From a virus: 64,000 nt of DNA. The translations under genes and the position numbers were made by a program. How positions within the stretch are numbered: the stretch's first letter is position 1; each line of letters starts with the position of its first letter. Below the pieces are notes generated by a model. It searched no databases and had not been told where the DNA came from. It saw nothing but the letters and a program-made list of their open reading frames with translations. The stretch lies in the IMG/VR virus record IMGVR_UViG_3300002036_000006; one strand, written 5' to 3'. Below are positions 1 through 8,500 of this stretch, piece by piece.

Positions 1-221
1 CCATTACTGAATACTGCACAGGCTGCATGATACGTCATGCTATCTCTGTTACGAGATCTTGAAGACATAGTATGAGCCACACTCTGCATGAAAGCAAGTG
101 ACAATAATGTAATGTATATCAAATCCAAACCCCTATACAAAAACCAACAACGAATGCAGACGCAATAAGTCCAAGCACTGCAAGCAATGCCTGAACTCTT
201 ATATGTGCTATGTAGTTGCCA

Positions 222-440
222 TCAATCAAGATCTTCCTCTACACAGTTGAAGTAAGTAGCATCATAACCAACAACTTCAATTAGATGCTTGGATAGATCT
301 AGCGCATCTCTCTCGCAGTCTTCTTTCTTCACATACATTGGCTGAACATCAATCTGGAAGTTTGCCACGTCATTATTTAGAAGATCAACTGGAGTGCCAG
401 TGTTAAGCCACATCTGTGCCACTATATATAATTTAAACAT
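222..440 (-). CDS. hypothetical phage protein
   Basis: 72-aa ORF in a tightly packed leftward run; SD-like GAGG upstream. Confidence 0.7.
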   Translation of the reverse strand: MFKLYIVAQMWLNTGTPVDLLNNDVANFQIDVQPMYVKKEDCERDALDLSKHLIEVVGYDATYFNCVEEDLD

Positions 441-664
441 TACCCGTACCTCTTAATTACTTTACCATATGATTCCTTCATATCCGAGTTGGATAATGAA
501 AGCGCGATAGACTCAGCTACACCAACACTGCTATAAATATTTGTATCATTGTCAACCCACTCGCCTCGAACCAACTTCTGCACTTTATACCTAGTACCCT
601 CCTTAATGAAGAATTCTATAACTCTAGTCCTCATCTTCAATCTCCTCAGGCCTAGCCTGTTCAA
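440..664 (-). CDS. hypothetical phage protein
   Basis: 74-aa ORF; its stop overlaps the start of the next gene at 440. Confidence 0.65.
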   Translation of the reverse strand: MNRLGLRRLKMRTRVIEFFIKEGTRYKVQKLVRGEWVDNDTNIYSSVGVAESIALSLSNSDMKESYGKVIKRYG

Positions 665-845
665 ATTCTCTTAGTGCCTTTGCTAAGGCCTCTCTGTTTT
701 CCTGACTTGGATCTAAGTGGCAATTCGATATAGCCAACTCAAGCTCTGCCTTTGTTCTCTCTTTTTCAAACTCAATCATGACCACACCCACCAGATGCCA
801 GACACAAACGCAACGGCAAGAGATATGATGAACATGCAGCACCAC
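624..845 (-). CDS. hypothetical protein (true start probably the internal Met of MIEFE)
   Basis: ORF track; acidic helical C-terminal half. Confidence 0.45.
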   Translation of the reverse strand: MVLHVHHISCRCVCVWHLVGVVMIEFEKERTKAELELAISNCHLDPSQENREALAKALREFEQARPEEIEDED

Positions 846-941
846 GCGTTATGTGATCTTGTTTCACGAAAAAAAGAATGCGTCTCGCAGCAGCCTAGAA
901 AAGATGCTACTATGAAAAATAAGGATGTTAAAAATATACTA

Positions 942-1295
942 CTAGCCATTTGTTCTATTCCTCAATCTGAATGACTCATTAGACCTTATTTGTGCCGCCT
1001 TGTCAAGTGCAACTTGAGCTGCTCTCTCGTATTGCTCTGGCTTAGCCCATCCAGCAACAAGCCCTATTCCAACGTCAGGCTCTTCTGATAGATGATCTAT
1101 TACCTTTACAACATCTGACTCTGCAACGTCACTCCTGTCGAACCACGCCCTGCTAGCAGCCTTAATTATGCGCATCTCTGGGTGAGGCCTCTCTTTCTTG
1201 GATCGGTCCATGTATCCCTCACAGAACCCCTTACTTCCAACGGTGACAGTCCTCCACTCATCTTCTTGTTTAACCTGATATATAAAGCTATGCAT
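942..1295 (-). CDS. hypothetical phage protein
   Basis: 117-aa ORF with SD-like GGA upstream, co-oriented with neighbours. Confidence 0.7.
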   Translation of the reverse strand: MHSFIYQVKQEDEWRTVTVGSKGFCEGYMDRSKKERPHPEMRIIKAASRAWFDRSDVAESDVVKVIDHLSEEPDVGIGLVAGWAKPEQYERAAQVALDKAAQIRSNESFRLRNRTNG

Positions 1296-1445
1296 ATTCC
1301 ATCATCTCCTGAGCGTCATCGTACCCATCCCAATTGTCAACCCCTGCACCCTGAAGACAGCCTAAGAACTTTGAATCTTCTTCAAGATCATCGACGTAGT
1401 GCATCTTCGTTTACTATATCTGAAATCAAATCTCTTATATTCATA

Positions 1446-1676
1446 TTATCCACCGTTGTATCGTTTCTGTTTCTCTTCTTCAAAAATTTTGTGTAGGTTT
1501 ACATTGTACACCAAAATACTCATGTCCTCACTCCTAGGGGGGTAGTTCGTCAAAAGCTCAGTCGCCGCATCACATAATCCGCGAAGTATTTCAAGCTCTC
1601 GCCTGTCGCTAGTCCTCTCACTTTCCCTGCGCATCAACTCTTCGCGCACATGTTCTGACTGTAATCCCATTACCAT
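1446..1676 (-). CDS. hypothetical phage protein
   Basis: 76-aa ORF, GAGG upstream. Confidence 0.65.
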   Translation of the reverse strand: MVMGLQSEHVREELMRRESERTSDRRELEILRGLCDAATELLTNYPPRSEDMSILVYNVNLHKIFEEEKQKRYNGG

Positions 1677-1764
1677 ATATCTACCTCATTGAATTAGATT
1701 GACCAAAAGTCTTTATGACCTCAGTTTGTTTGTGCTTTCCATCAAGGTACAAATTCTCATCAAC

Positions 1765-1959
1765 TTATAATGCTTGCTCTTTGCTGTCAAATTGATTGCC
1801 CTCAATATCAACCCATTCCATATGAAGGGATCTGTTTATGTATCTCTCGACCTGTACAACATAAACCTCCTTCTTGTCTCTGCTTTCCTGAAACTTAACT
1901 ACTCTGTATCTGTGCATATCATCTGACCCTGTATGTTTCAAGAACACAATCCAGCTCAA
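1765..1959 (-). CDS. hypothetical phage protein
   Basis: ORF track; C-terminal part resembles ORF 440..664 (Y.VQ...G/EWVD...F.S...A). Confidence 0.55.
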   Translation of the reverse strand: MSWIVFLKHTGSDDMHRYRVVKFQESRDKKEVYVVQVERYINRSLHMEWVDIEGNQFDSKEQAL

Positions 1960-2146
1960 GAGCGGTCATCGGATCGGGTCTACTCCTGTCAAGATCATTT
2001 ATCCAGAAAGCTCCTTCCTTGACCCAAGTCTCAATCCTCTCAAAGCCCATTAGACTTTTAAAAAATCCCACCGATCTTGATACCGTTATTGATGGATCTC
2101 CATCTCTTGTGAACTGCATTGATATTCTCTTCATATTCATCTCCAT
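1919..2146 (-). CDS. hypothetical phage protein
   Basis: 75-aa ORF; GGAG within its first codons suggests a slightly downstream start. Confidence 0.6.
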   Translation of the reverse strand: MEMNMKRISMQFTRDGDPSITVSRSVGFFKSLMGFERIETWVKEGAFWINDLDRSRPDPMTALELDCVLETYRVR

Positions 2147-2186
2147 TCTGCCGAGAGCAGAAGTTTAGTGCCTCCCCGTTAATTTA

Positions 2187-2445
2187 CAGAAAGGTCTATG
2201 TGGGGGTGATTAAGTGTTTTCATATACAACTGAAGCCAAGTATATAATTGCACCAATAGGTGTCCATGATAATGCTATATAGTATAGCCAAGATGGTGAC
2301 CAGACACCAAGCAATAAGTCAGCAGACATCGGTGCACATGCTAAAAATAAAAACAACCAAGACAGCTTCATAATAATCTCCTCTGTGCCGCGCACAGAAT
2401 ATATTGTACTTGCCAGAAATATATCAGAAAGGTTTACATGGGGGT
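2187..2445. repeat. two copies of an imperfect 21-bp direct repeat
   Basis: CAGAAAGGTCTATGTGGGGGT (2187-2207) and CAGAAAGGTTTACATGGGGGT (2425-2445), 18/21 identical. Confidence 0.7.
2210..2395 (-). CDS. small membrane protein
   Basis: two hydrophobic segments; GGAG precedes the internal Met of MKLSWLF. Confidence 0.55.
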   Translation of the reverse strand: MRGTEEIIMKLSWLFLFLACAPMSADLLLGVWSPSWLYYIALSWTPIGAIIYLASVVYENT

Positions 2446-2676
2446 ATATATAATACCACTACCCCCGTACTATATCACAAAAGCCCTATAGGGGGGAGTA
2501 AATTAATTATATTTAATTATATTGTTTTATTTATTTATATGTGGTAGTTGATTGTATCTGTACCACTATCTATAGTTATTTATCGGTAATAAGATTAATT
2601 AATTGTAATGTTGCTTGCGTTTGATTGACAACTATATATAGTGTGAACCCATAACCAACAACATGAGACTATATAC

Positions 2677-2889
2677 ATGAATGCTGAACACCAATATGCA
2701 GAGCAGGCAATAAACAACTGGCTAATTCTTAATAGGAGGGCTGAGCTGTTATTAAAACGTGATGAGATTCACGAGGCAATGACTAACCCCAACCTAACGC
2801 CAAGCGAACGAGCCGCAAACATTACCGCATCTAATGTGATAACGTCTAGACTGATACTAATCAACCAATCAATTAAAGGTAACTCATAA
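2677..2889 (+). CDS. hypothetical early protein
   Basis: first ORF after the AT-rich divergent region; TAATG coupling to the next gene. Confidence 0.65.
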   Translation: MNAEHQYAEQAINNWLILNRRAELLLKRDEIHEAMTNPNLTPSERAANITASNVITSRLILINQSIKGNS

Positions 2890-3077
2890 TGAGCTGTAAG
2901 ATAACAACACTAGGCTATATGGTTGATATGAAACTATCCATAGAAAGAAACTTAAGGTATCTTAAGTCTGTAAACACTAGAGACCCGCGCATAAAGATGG
3001 AGAGAAAGAAAGCGGAGAGCGATATAAAATGTTTAGATGAAGCTATCCTTATAGTTAAGGAGTCAACCGAATGTTAG
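2889..3077 (+). CDS. hypothetical early protein
   Basis: 62-aa ORF, translationally coupled. Confidence 0.6.
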   Translation: MSCKITTLGYMVDMKLSIERNLRYLKSVNTRDPRIKMERKKAESDIKCLDEAILIVKESTEC

Positions 3078-3259
3078 TTGAACGAATAGAACTAATAGCA
3101 GATGGTATCATGTTGCACTATACAGACTTAGACGCAACGCTAGAGAATCCACCAGTAAGGGCAATCAGTACAGAGCTACACGGCGTTACTACCTTGCATA
3201 ATAGGTATAGTGATGCTGTTGCGGAGCTGGAGAGTAGCATCAATGAGGCGTTCCAATGA
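3071..3259 (+). CDS. hypothetical early protein
   Basis: AAGGAG SD; ATGA overlap with the next gene. Confidence 0.65.
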   Translation: MLVERIELIADGIMLHYTDLDATLENPPVRAISTELHGVTTLHNRYSDAVAELESSINEAFQ

Positions 3260-3492
3260 ACAAGGGCATACAAAACGAGATAGACAAAGTTGAGGATAGC
3301 TTAGCCTCCATACAATCAAGCATACCGCTCAAAGGGTATGTAGATATACCAGTTAGCGATATAATTATACTTGAGTCCCTATTAAAGGCATATAGAGAAC
3401 TGCTCTATCAAGTAAACGAAACGCCTGAAACAGAATTATATATTGATCATCTAAACAATTATCCAATAAATAAGTATATCACTATAGTCTAA
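3256..3492 (+). CDS. hypothetical early protein
   Basis: 78-aa ORF followed by a terminator-like hairpin. Confidence 0.65.
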   Translation: MNKGIQNEIDKVEDSLASIQSSIPLKGYVDIPVSDIIILESLLKAYRELLYQVNETPETELYIDHLNNYPINKYITIV

Positions 3493-3517
3493 ACCACACT
3501 AAGCTATTGATTTATAT

Positions 3518-3566
3518 AGGGCTGGACAAACCGCATATTATTCGGTGTACTCCAGTCCTTTTATTT
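3518..3566 (+). terminator. rho-independent terminator-like hairpin
   Basis: AGGGCTGGA...TCCAGTCCT stem followed by TTTATTT. Confidence 0.6.
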
Positions 3567-3906
3567 AACTATAACATTACCATTCGTTAATAATCCAACA
3601 CGCCGTTGTAATTATGTGGTAGTAGGTAGGTAAGACTTAACACAATTTGTCGCCGTATGTCAATAGCTACGCCGTTTTATTACCATATTGTAACAAAGCT
3701 TGACAATAAACAGCATTTGTGAGTGAGAAGCACGCGTTGTGGATATATCTATAGCTCATAGTTTGGTATATATGTAAAGGCCTATAAGGTAATAAGTAGT
3801 ATTGTTACTATAGTTTAATGTATTGTAGTTAGTTTGATTGATAGTGTTAGAGTGTCACCACTGAGTAAGGATGCCTTGCTCGATTCAACGATTAAGAGAC
3901 TACAAA

Positions 3907-4152
3907 ATGAGCGACCTAATAACTGTTACCATTCGAGATGGTAGAGTGACAAGCAATGAATTCATAGAGATGGACGTAGAATGCTATACCTCAATTGAGG
4001 ACTTACTATATATGGCTGAGGTGGAAATAAGAGAAGGTGATGTTTGGATATTCAATGCAGGAAGAGCTGACCGCATAACAGACCTGATCTGTACTAGCGG
4101 TGTGCTTTTCATTACATGCAGTGATAGTAAATACAAGATTACAGATAGTTAA
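3907..4152 (+). CDS. hypothetical protein
   Basis: ORF track 3871..4152; internal ATG (MSDLI) preferred as start. Confidence 0.55.
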   Translation: MSDLITVTIRDGRVTSNEFIEMDVECYTSIEDLLYMAEVEIREGDVWIFNAGRADRITDLICTSGVLFITCSDSKYKITDS

Positions 4153-4163
4153 TAAAATAGTTA

Positions 4164-4192
4164 TTGACTTACCATCAACCATTAGATACTAT
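4164..4192 (+). promoter_or_regulatory. sigma70 promoter
   Basis: TTGACT-17 bp-TACTAT, preceded by A/T-rich GTTAATAAAATA. Confidence 0.8.
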
Positions 4193-4261
4193 ATATTTAT
4201 TGAAACAAACGAGAGGTATTTAGTTAGCGGCAAACATTACAAAGAGTTAATAAAATAATTC

Positions 4262-4290
4262 TTGACTTTGACAACACCGACAACTAATAT
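4262..4290 (+). promoter_or_regulatory. sigma70 promoter
   Basis: TTGACT-17 bp-TAATAT, preceded by the same GTTAATAAAATA block. Confidence 0.75.
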
Positions 4291-4296
4291 ATATTC

Positions 4297-4740
4297 ATGG
4301 CAAAGAAAACTAAACGTAGGCTAGCGAGAGAGGCACAAGCGAGACTTAAAATTGCTTTATCGCTTGGCATTGAATCAGCACAAGGTCTAACATTGACCGA
4401 GGAGCAGATACAGAGAAACGCTAGGAAGTCTAGAAAGTTAAGAGACATAAGTCAATTAACAGACGCTAGAACGTGGGTTAACCATACCGACAATGGCAAG
4501 TGTGACAGAAGTGTCATAGGTGCTAAGCTAGGCTATCGACGTGCTACAGTTTTCGAGGGCAATCGACTAACGAGTGACAACAAGACTCGCTTAGACCATA
4601 TTGACCGTGAACGCCTCAAGGTAACACTAGGCGCACCAGTGCCAGAAAGTAAGATTACATTACAGCAATTTAATGTTATTAAGTCTTTACAAGCCAGTGG
4701 CGATGTTATAGACTATAATCAGTTGATAGCAATTAGCTAG
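4297..4740 (+). CDS. basic hypothetical early protein, probably leaderless
   Basis: 147-aa K/R-rich ORF; ATG 7 nt after the -10 box, no SD. Confidence 0.75.
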   Translation: MAKKTKRRLAREAQARLKIALSLGIESAQGLTLTEEQIQRNARKSRKLRDISQLTDARTWVNHTDNGKCDRSVIGAKLGYRRATVFEGNRLTSDNKTRLDHIDRERLKVTLGAPVPESKITLQQFNVIKSLQASGDVIDYNQLIAIS

Positions 4741-5075
4741 AGACGAAAAGTTTTAAGGCGTAACGCTGTAAAGTATCCGCTACAATTTAAGTAACACCCT
4801 CGATGGCTATTGGCGAGGTTAAACAATCCACGATAGCAAAGCAAAACCGAAAGTATTATGTTTTGTGGAGGCACTAGACTCACTGAGACCATAGGCTAAA
4901 GCATTGTGTTATATCGTAGGGCTAGTATTTGCAGGTCATTGACACTGCAAGCGGTTGAGTAAATCCCGCGCTAGATTGTTGTTTGATTAGTGTTAACTAG
5001 CGTTGATCGCGTAGGCCTTTCAGTGAAAGATAACCAAGTAGCTCCGGTTAGTTAACACTAATCAAGCAATAAAGC
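4741..5075 (+). ncRNA. candidate structured non-coding RNA
   Basis: ORF-free, several hairpins, including a 24-bp stem 4976-4999/5049-5072 (17 bp perfect). Confidence 0.4.
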
Positions 5076-5087
5076 TTGTAATTGTAG

Positions 5088-5161
5088 ACCTAGGTAGCTC
5101 AGTTGGTAGAGCGCTCGCCAGATTTAGCGAGAGGTTGGTGGTTCGAGTCCATCCCTAGGTA
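5088..5161 (+). tRNA. tRNA-like gene with 8-nt anticodon loop (CAGAUUUA), no CCA
   Basis: acceptor ACCTAGG/CCTAGGT; D arm GCTC-AGTTGGTA-GAGC; anticodon stem CTCGC/GCGAG; T loop TTCGAGT. Confidence 0.7.
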
Positions 5162-5173
5162 CAATTAATTTAT

Positions 5174-5254
5174 CCCGTTGTCGTCTAAAATGGTAGGATA
5201 GTTGCGCGTTTAGTCGCTTCAGATGTAAGGTTCGAATCCTTACCAACGGGACCA
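5174..5254 (+). tRNA. tRNA-like gene with degenerate anticodon arm and encoded CCA
   Basis: acceptor CCCGTTG/CAACGGG; 6-bp T stem GTAAGG/CCTTAC around TTCGAAT; ends ACCA. Confidence 0.65.
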
Positions 5255-5291
5255 ATTAACCAGACTGCAATAGCAGACAATGGAGATTATG

Positions 5292-5894
5292 ATGACTACT
5301 CAATATCAAACTAATGGCTTCACCTTAAACGTAGACCTCGACGCTATGCCAGACTTGCACAACGAGTTTCAAAAGCGCACATCAGTGTGGGCTACTATGG
5401 CTGATAAGTTTCGATCCACATACCTGCCAACCGCGCTGGCACATTACTTTGTGCAAGGCAACATCAAGCCAATCAATGACATGGTTGTGGCAATTGACAA
5501 TGCGAAAGGTCTAGGCCGTTTCAAGGCTACGCTTAAGATGATTTCTGCGCATGTCTGGGACAATGAAAAAGGGCGCTTTGTTCGTAACCCAGACCGCAAA
5601 AAGTACGATGCGAAAGTGGCACGTATGACAAAGCTCAACGATGATGGCGTACCACAATGGGCTGTTATACTAGGCAAGCATCTAGAGCGCGAGATTGTTG
5701 ACAGCAAAAAAGCCGAGTCTCTATCATTCGGTGACAAAGCTATGGCTAAATTGCAAGCCATTGTTAACATGGCGAATACTGCCGAATCAGATGCAGACAA
5801 AGCAATCTTTGCCCCATTCCTAGAAAGCGTGTCAAACCAGCTCGAAGAAATGAGAGCAGCAAAAGCAAACACGGCAACGTCTCAAGCATTCTAA
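5292..5894 (+). CDS. hypothetical protein, probably highly expressed
   Basis: ORF track 5280..5894; GGAG at 5282-5285 favours start 5292; own terminator follows. Confidence 0.85.
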   Translation: MTTQYQTNGFTLNVDLDAMPDLHNEFQKRTSVWATMADKFRSTYLPTALAHYFVQGNIKPINDMVVAIDNAKGLGRFKATLKMISAHVWDNEKGRFVRNPDRKKYDAKVARMTKLNDDGVPQWAVILGKHLEREIVDSKKAESLSFGDKAMAKLQAIVNMANTAESDADKAIFAPFLESVSNQLEEMRAAKANTATSQAF

Positions 5895-5933
5895 TCTAGC
5901 GAATCCCCCAAACCCTACCGCTAGATAGGATAG

Positions 5934-5969
5934 GCCCACGTTATACTTATTGTGTAGCGTGGGTTTTTT
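5934..5969 (+). terminator. rho-independent terminator
   Basis: GCCCACGTTATAC/GTGTAGCGTGGGT stem plus T-run. Confidence 0.8.
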
Positions 5970-6089
5970 AATTCACGCCTCTAAGGTAATATTAATTGGC
6001 GGCATCTACGCACGACAACAATCCAATCATAGTCTCTCTTTGTTAGTCTGCTAGGTGTCACCAATTAATATTAATCTGGAGGTTAAGAA

Positions 6090-6353
6090 ATGAACATCAA
6101 ACCGTACATTTTTGTAGGCTGCTTTATTGCTGGCGCTCTAGCATGTGTGACAGTGTCTTACTTTTGGGGTGAATATGGATACCTTTTTGTATCATCACTA
6201 TTCATATGCTTTTCTGTGCTTTCTATAGGTCTAAAAGAGTTTGCGAGGGATGCATCGCTAGCTATACCTTTTGCAATTATATATGCTCTTATATGGCCTC
6301 TATCTTTAGCTCTAGAGCTATGGTTTAAAAGTGGCTGGAGGCATAAAACATGA
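6090..6353 (+). CDS. membrane protein
   Basis: three hydrophobic segments; GGAGG SD. Confidence 0.75.
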   Translation: MNIKPYIFVGCFIAGALACVTVSYFWGEYGYLFVSSLFICFSVLSIGLKEFARDASLAIPFAIIYALIWPLSLALELWFKSGWRHKT

Positions 6354-6544
6354 TAGCAATTTACCTAGTCGTTGCACTAATAGTAGCAGCACACCACGCC
6401 AACGCCATAGCATCAGAGGCAAGTTACTCACAATCAGAGAGACACATCGTAGCATTCAAGTGTGTGTTAGCTGGATTAGTGTGGCCTTTGCTCGCAATAC
6501 TGGAGTTGGTTTACTTAATCCTTGACTATAGGAGTAGCCAGTAA
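6350..6544 (+). CDS. small membrane protein
   Basis: hydrophobic; WPL motif as in the upstream ORF; ATGA overlap. Confidence 0.65.
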   Translation: MIAIYLVVALIVAAHHANAIASEASYSQSERHIVAFKCVLAGLVWPLLAILELVYLILDYRSSQ

Positions 6545-6879
6545 TGCTAGACAGCAACCAAACAATACCAAGTCAGTCTCTTTCTGAGATCGCAATAGGC
6601 GAACAGCAGTCATGTGTCGGACTTATATGGCTTGAAAAAACAAAGGGAACCGAACGCAAGGTTACTCTTTACAATCTCAACTCACTTTCCGCAAGAAACA
6701 AAGACAGCCTTATCGCACTTCATATCAATGACGATGTGGATCCAAGCTATCCGATGATACGATCTCGAGGCAAGGGTTTCACACAAGTAACATACTATTC
6801 AAAATCAAAGGGTTGCGAGATGGCATGTCGTTGTGATACTAATCACGGAATACACTTCAAACCGAAGTCCGAACTGTAA
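6544..6879 (+). CDS. hypothetical protein
   Basis: 111-aa ORF, TAATG coupling. Confidence 0.7.
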   Translation: MLDSNQTIPSQSLSEIAIGEQQSCVGLIWLEKTKGTERKVTLYNLNSLSARNKDSLIALHINDDVDPSYPMIRSRGKGFTQVTYYSKSKGCEMACRCDTNHGIHFKPKSEL

Positions 6880-6923
6880 TAATTATTTATATATTACACT
6901 ATTGTTAAACATAGGAGAGACTA

Positions 6924-7097
6924 ATGGAAGCAATACAATTCATCAAAAACCAAATAGAAAGCGGAATAATGCCAGCCATGATTGGTGGCCCCGCCAAGTT
7001 TTGTCACAAGAGAGGACACACTAAGCCCTTGCATGACAAAGTAAAGAAGAAGCGCATCCGTAAGTTGCAGCGTGTAGCAAGGCGCAATAACCGATGA
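6924..7097 (+). CDS. small basic hypothetical protein (57 aa, below ORF-track cutoff)
   Basis: AGGAGAG SD; MEAIQFIK...KKKRIRKLQRVARRNNR. Confidence 0.6.
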   Translation: MEAIQFIKNQIESGIMPAMIGGPAKFCHKRGHTKPLHDKVKKKRIRKLQRVARRNNR

Positions 7098-7203
7098 GCA
7101 AGCTAGTCTTCACCAAGACCATAGACATTACTGAAGAAATGGTGATGTCACTGTTTGGTCTACTCGCTTGGCAGATCAATAGCCCACAACGTAAGCCACC
7201 ATC

Positions 7204-7389
7204 ATGTTGATGGACTGGGCATCGAACGTCATACGCAAACGACGATGGGAGATTACAGGAAACCGTGACTCCTATGTCTTAATAACGAATGGCTACGGTC
7301 ATATACTAACTATCGAGCAGCATGGCACACGCCTTGGACTACAGCGCAAGATGCTATCAGTGTTACTCAAAGAACTAAAAAGGCAATAA
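7204..7389 (+). CDS. hypothetical protein
   Basis: 61-aa ORF in the operon run; start uncertain. Confidence 0.45.
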   Translation: MLMDWASNVIRKRRWEITGNRDSYVLITNGYGHILTIEQHGTRLGLQRKMLSVLLKELKRQ

Positions 7390-7651
7390 CATGGAACTAC
7401 AATTCACATCAGCATCCAGCGCATTTGGAATACTATTTGCTTTCTTCCTCATCCTTCCATTTCTAATATGGATTCTTTGGCGTGTTCGTGGCTTACTCGG
7501 CTCGATGGAGTCGCAGGACTTTCAAGAAGCTCAAGGCTCACATGGTAGATCCAAATGCTCACCAATCTGACAGCAATTGATATTGCATTCTGGTCTGCTG
7601 GGTTCCTAACTTACATCTTAATGTGCTTGATGCACGACAGCGAGGAAACAC

Positions 7652-8065
7652 ATGAACAATAAACAAAATGCCCTTGTCAAGATAGAAGAGGGTACAATAA
7701 ACCAAGCCCACATGATTTGGATTTTGTCCTGCATGTTCCAGTCTAATGTATTGGGCAGGCGAATTCGAAACATCAATCAGGATGATGGTATACAAGAAGA
7801 CGCTACTGAGCACTTATTCAATGCAATGTGCATAGCTTGTGAGAGCGACGATGACGATGACATAATGGATTTCATTCGACTCGGTAGATCTGGATGGAAT
7901 ATGGATAGTCCATATGATCATATCAAGTCTTCGGTTCTTCCGAGGAGAACTGCAAAGTCTATTAAAAATATCTTCTATACTCTTTGCAACTGCTCCGCTG
8001 CAACACACACATCTAACTCACGTCGAGGAGTTCAAAGGCCGCAACACATAAGCGGTATGTCTTAA
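7652..8065 (+). CDS. hypothetical protein upstream of the Ubl operon
   Basis: 137-aa ORF with GAGGA SD. Confidence 0.65.
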   Translation: MNNKQNALVKIEEGTINQAHMIWILSCMFQSNVLGRRIRNINQDDGIQEDATEHLFNAMCIACESDDDDDIMDFIRLGRSGWNMDSPYDHIKSSVLPRRTAKSIKNIFYTLCNCSAATHTSNSRRGVQRPQHISGMS

Positions 8066-8152
8066 TTCACAGGCATGATGACTTTGTGCATCTGATTGCC
8101 TTACTAAATCTGCACTACAATTTAACTTAACTAATCTTAGAGGATTAAAATC

Positions 8153-8401
8153 ATGACTAACTCAATTAACCCAACTAACGAAACTGTAACTGTAACTGTA
8201 GCCGATCACGCAAATGGCGGTGTAAGTAACCTTGAGCTTACTGTTGACAAAGGCACTGCAATCAGCGCGATCTTAGAGCAAGCTGGCGTCACTCCGAAAG
8301 AGGGCCAAGTTGTGAACTTCAAAGGCGCTCAAGTTTCTGGCTCTGACACTGTTGGTGAGCGTGGCCTAGTTAGCGTATCAGCTAACACTAAAGCTGCCTA
8401 G
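8153..8401 (+). CDS. ubiquitin-like (beta-grasp) small protein
   Basis: 82 aa with beta-beta-alpha-beta pattern (VTVTV..LELTV..GTAISAILEQAG..VVNFKG..V..SDTV..LVSV), ending TKAA; strong SD; adjacent to E2/E1/JAB genes. Confidence 0.75.
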   Translation: MTNSINPTNETVTVTVADHANGGVSNLELTVDKGTAISAILEQAGVTPKEGQVVNFKGAQVSGSDTVGERGLVSVSANTKAA

Positions 8402-8456
8402 CAGTAAAGCAGTAACACGACCGAACTAAGCGACCAATGGAAGCTTAGACTTTGAA

Positions 8457-8487
8457 GGGGGCAGGTATTAATCTGCTCCCTTTTTTT
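8457..8487 (+). terminator. rho-independent terminator between the Ubl and E2 genes
   Basis: GGGGGCAG-gtattaat-CTGCTCCC followed by T7. Confidence 0.8.
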
Positions 8488-8500
8488 AATGGAGACAATC

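Noticed and set aside
4741-5075. tmRNA, c-di-GMP riboswitch or pistol ribozyme
   Set aside because: No tag reading frame ending in an AA-like degron, no G3:U70 acceptor, and only short chance-level similarity to riboswitch or ribozyme cores.
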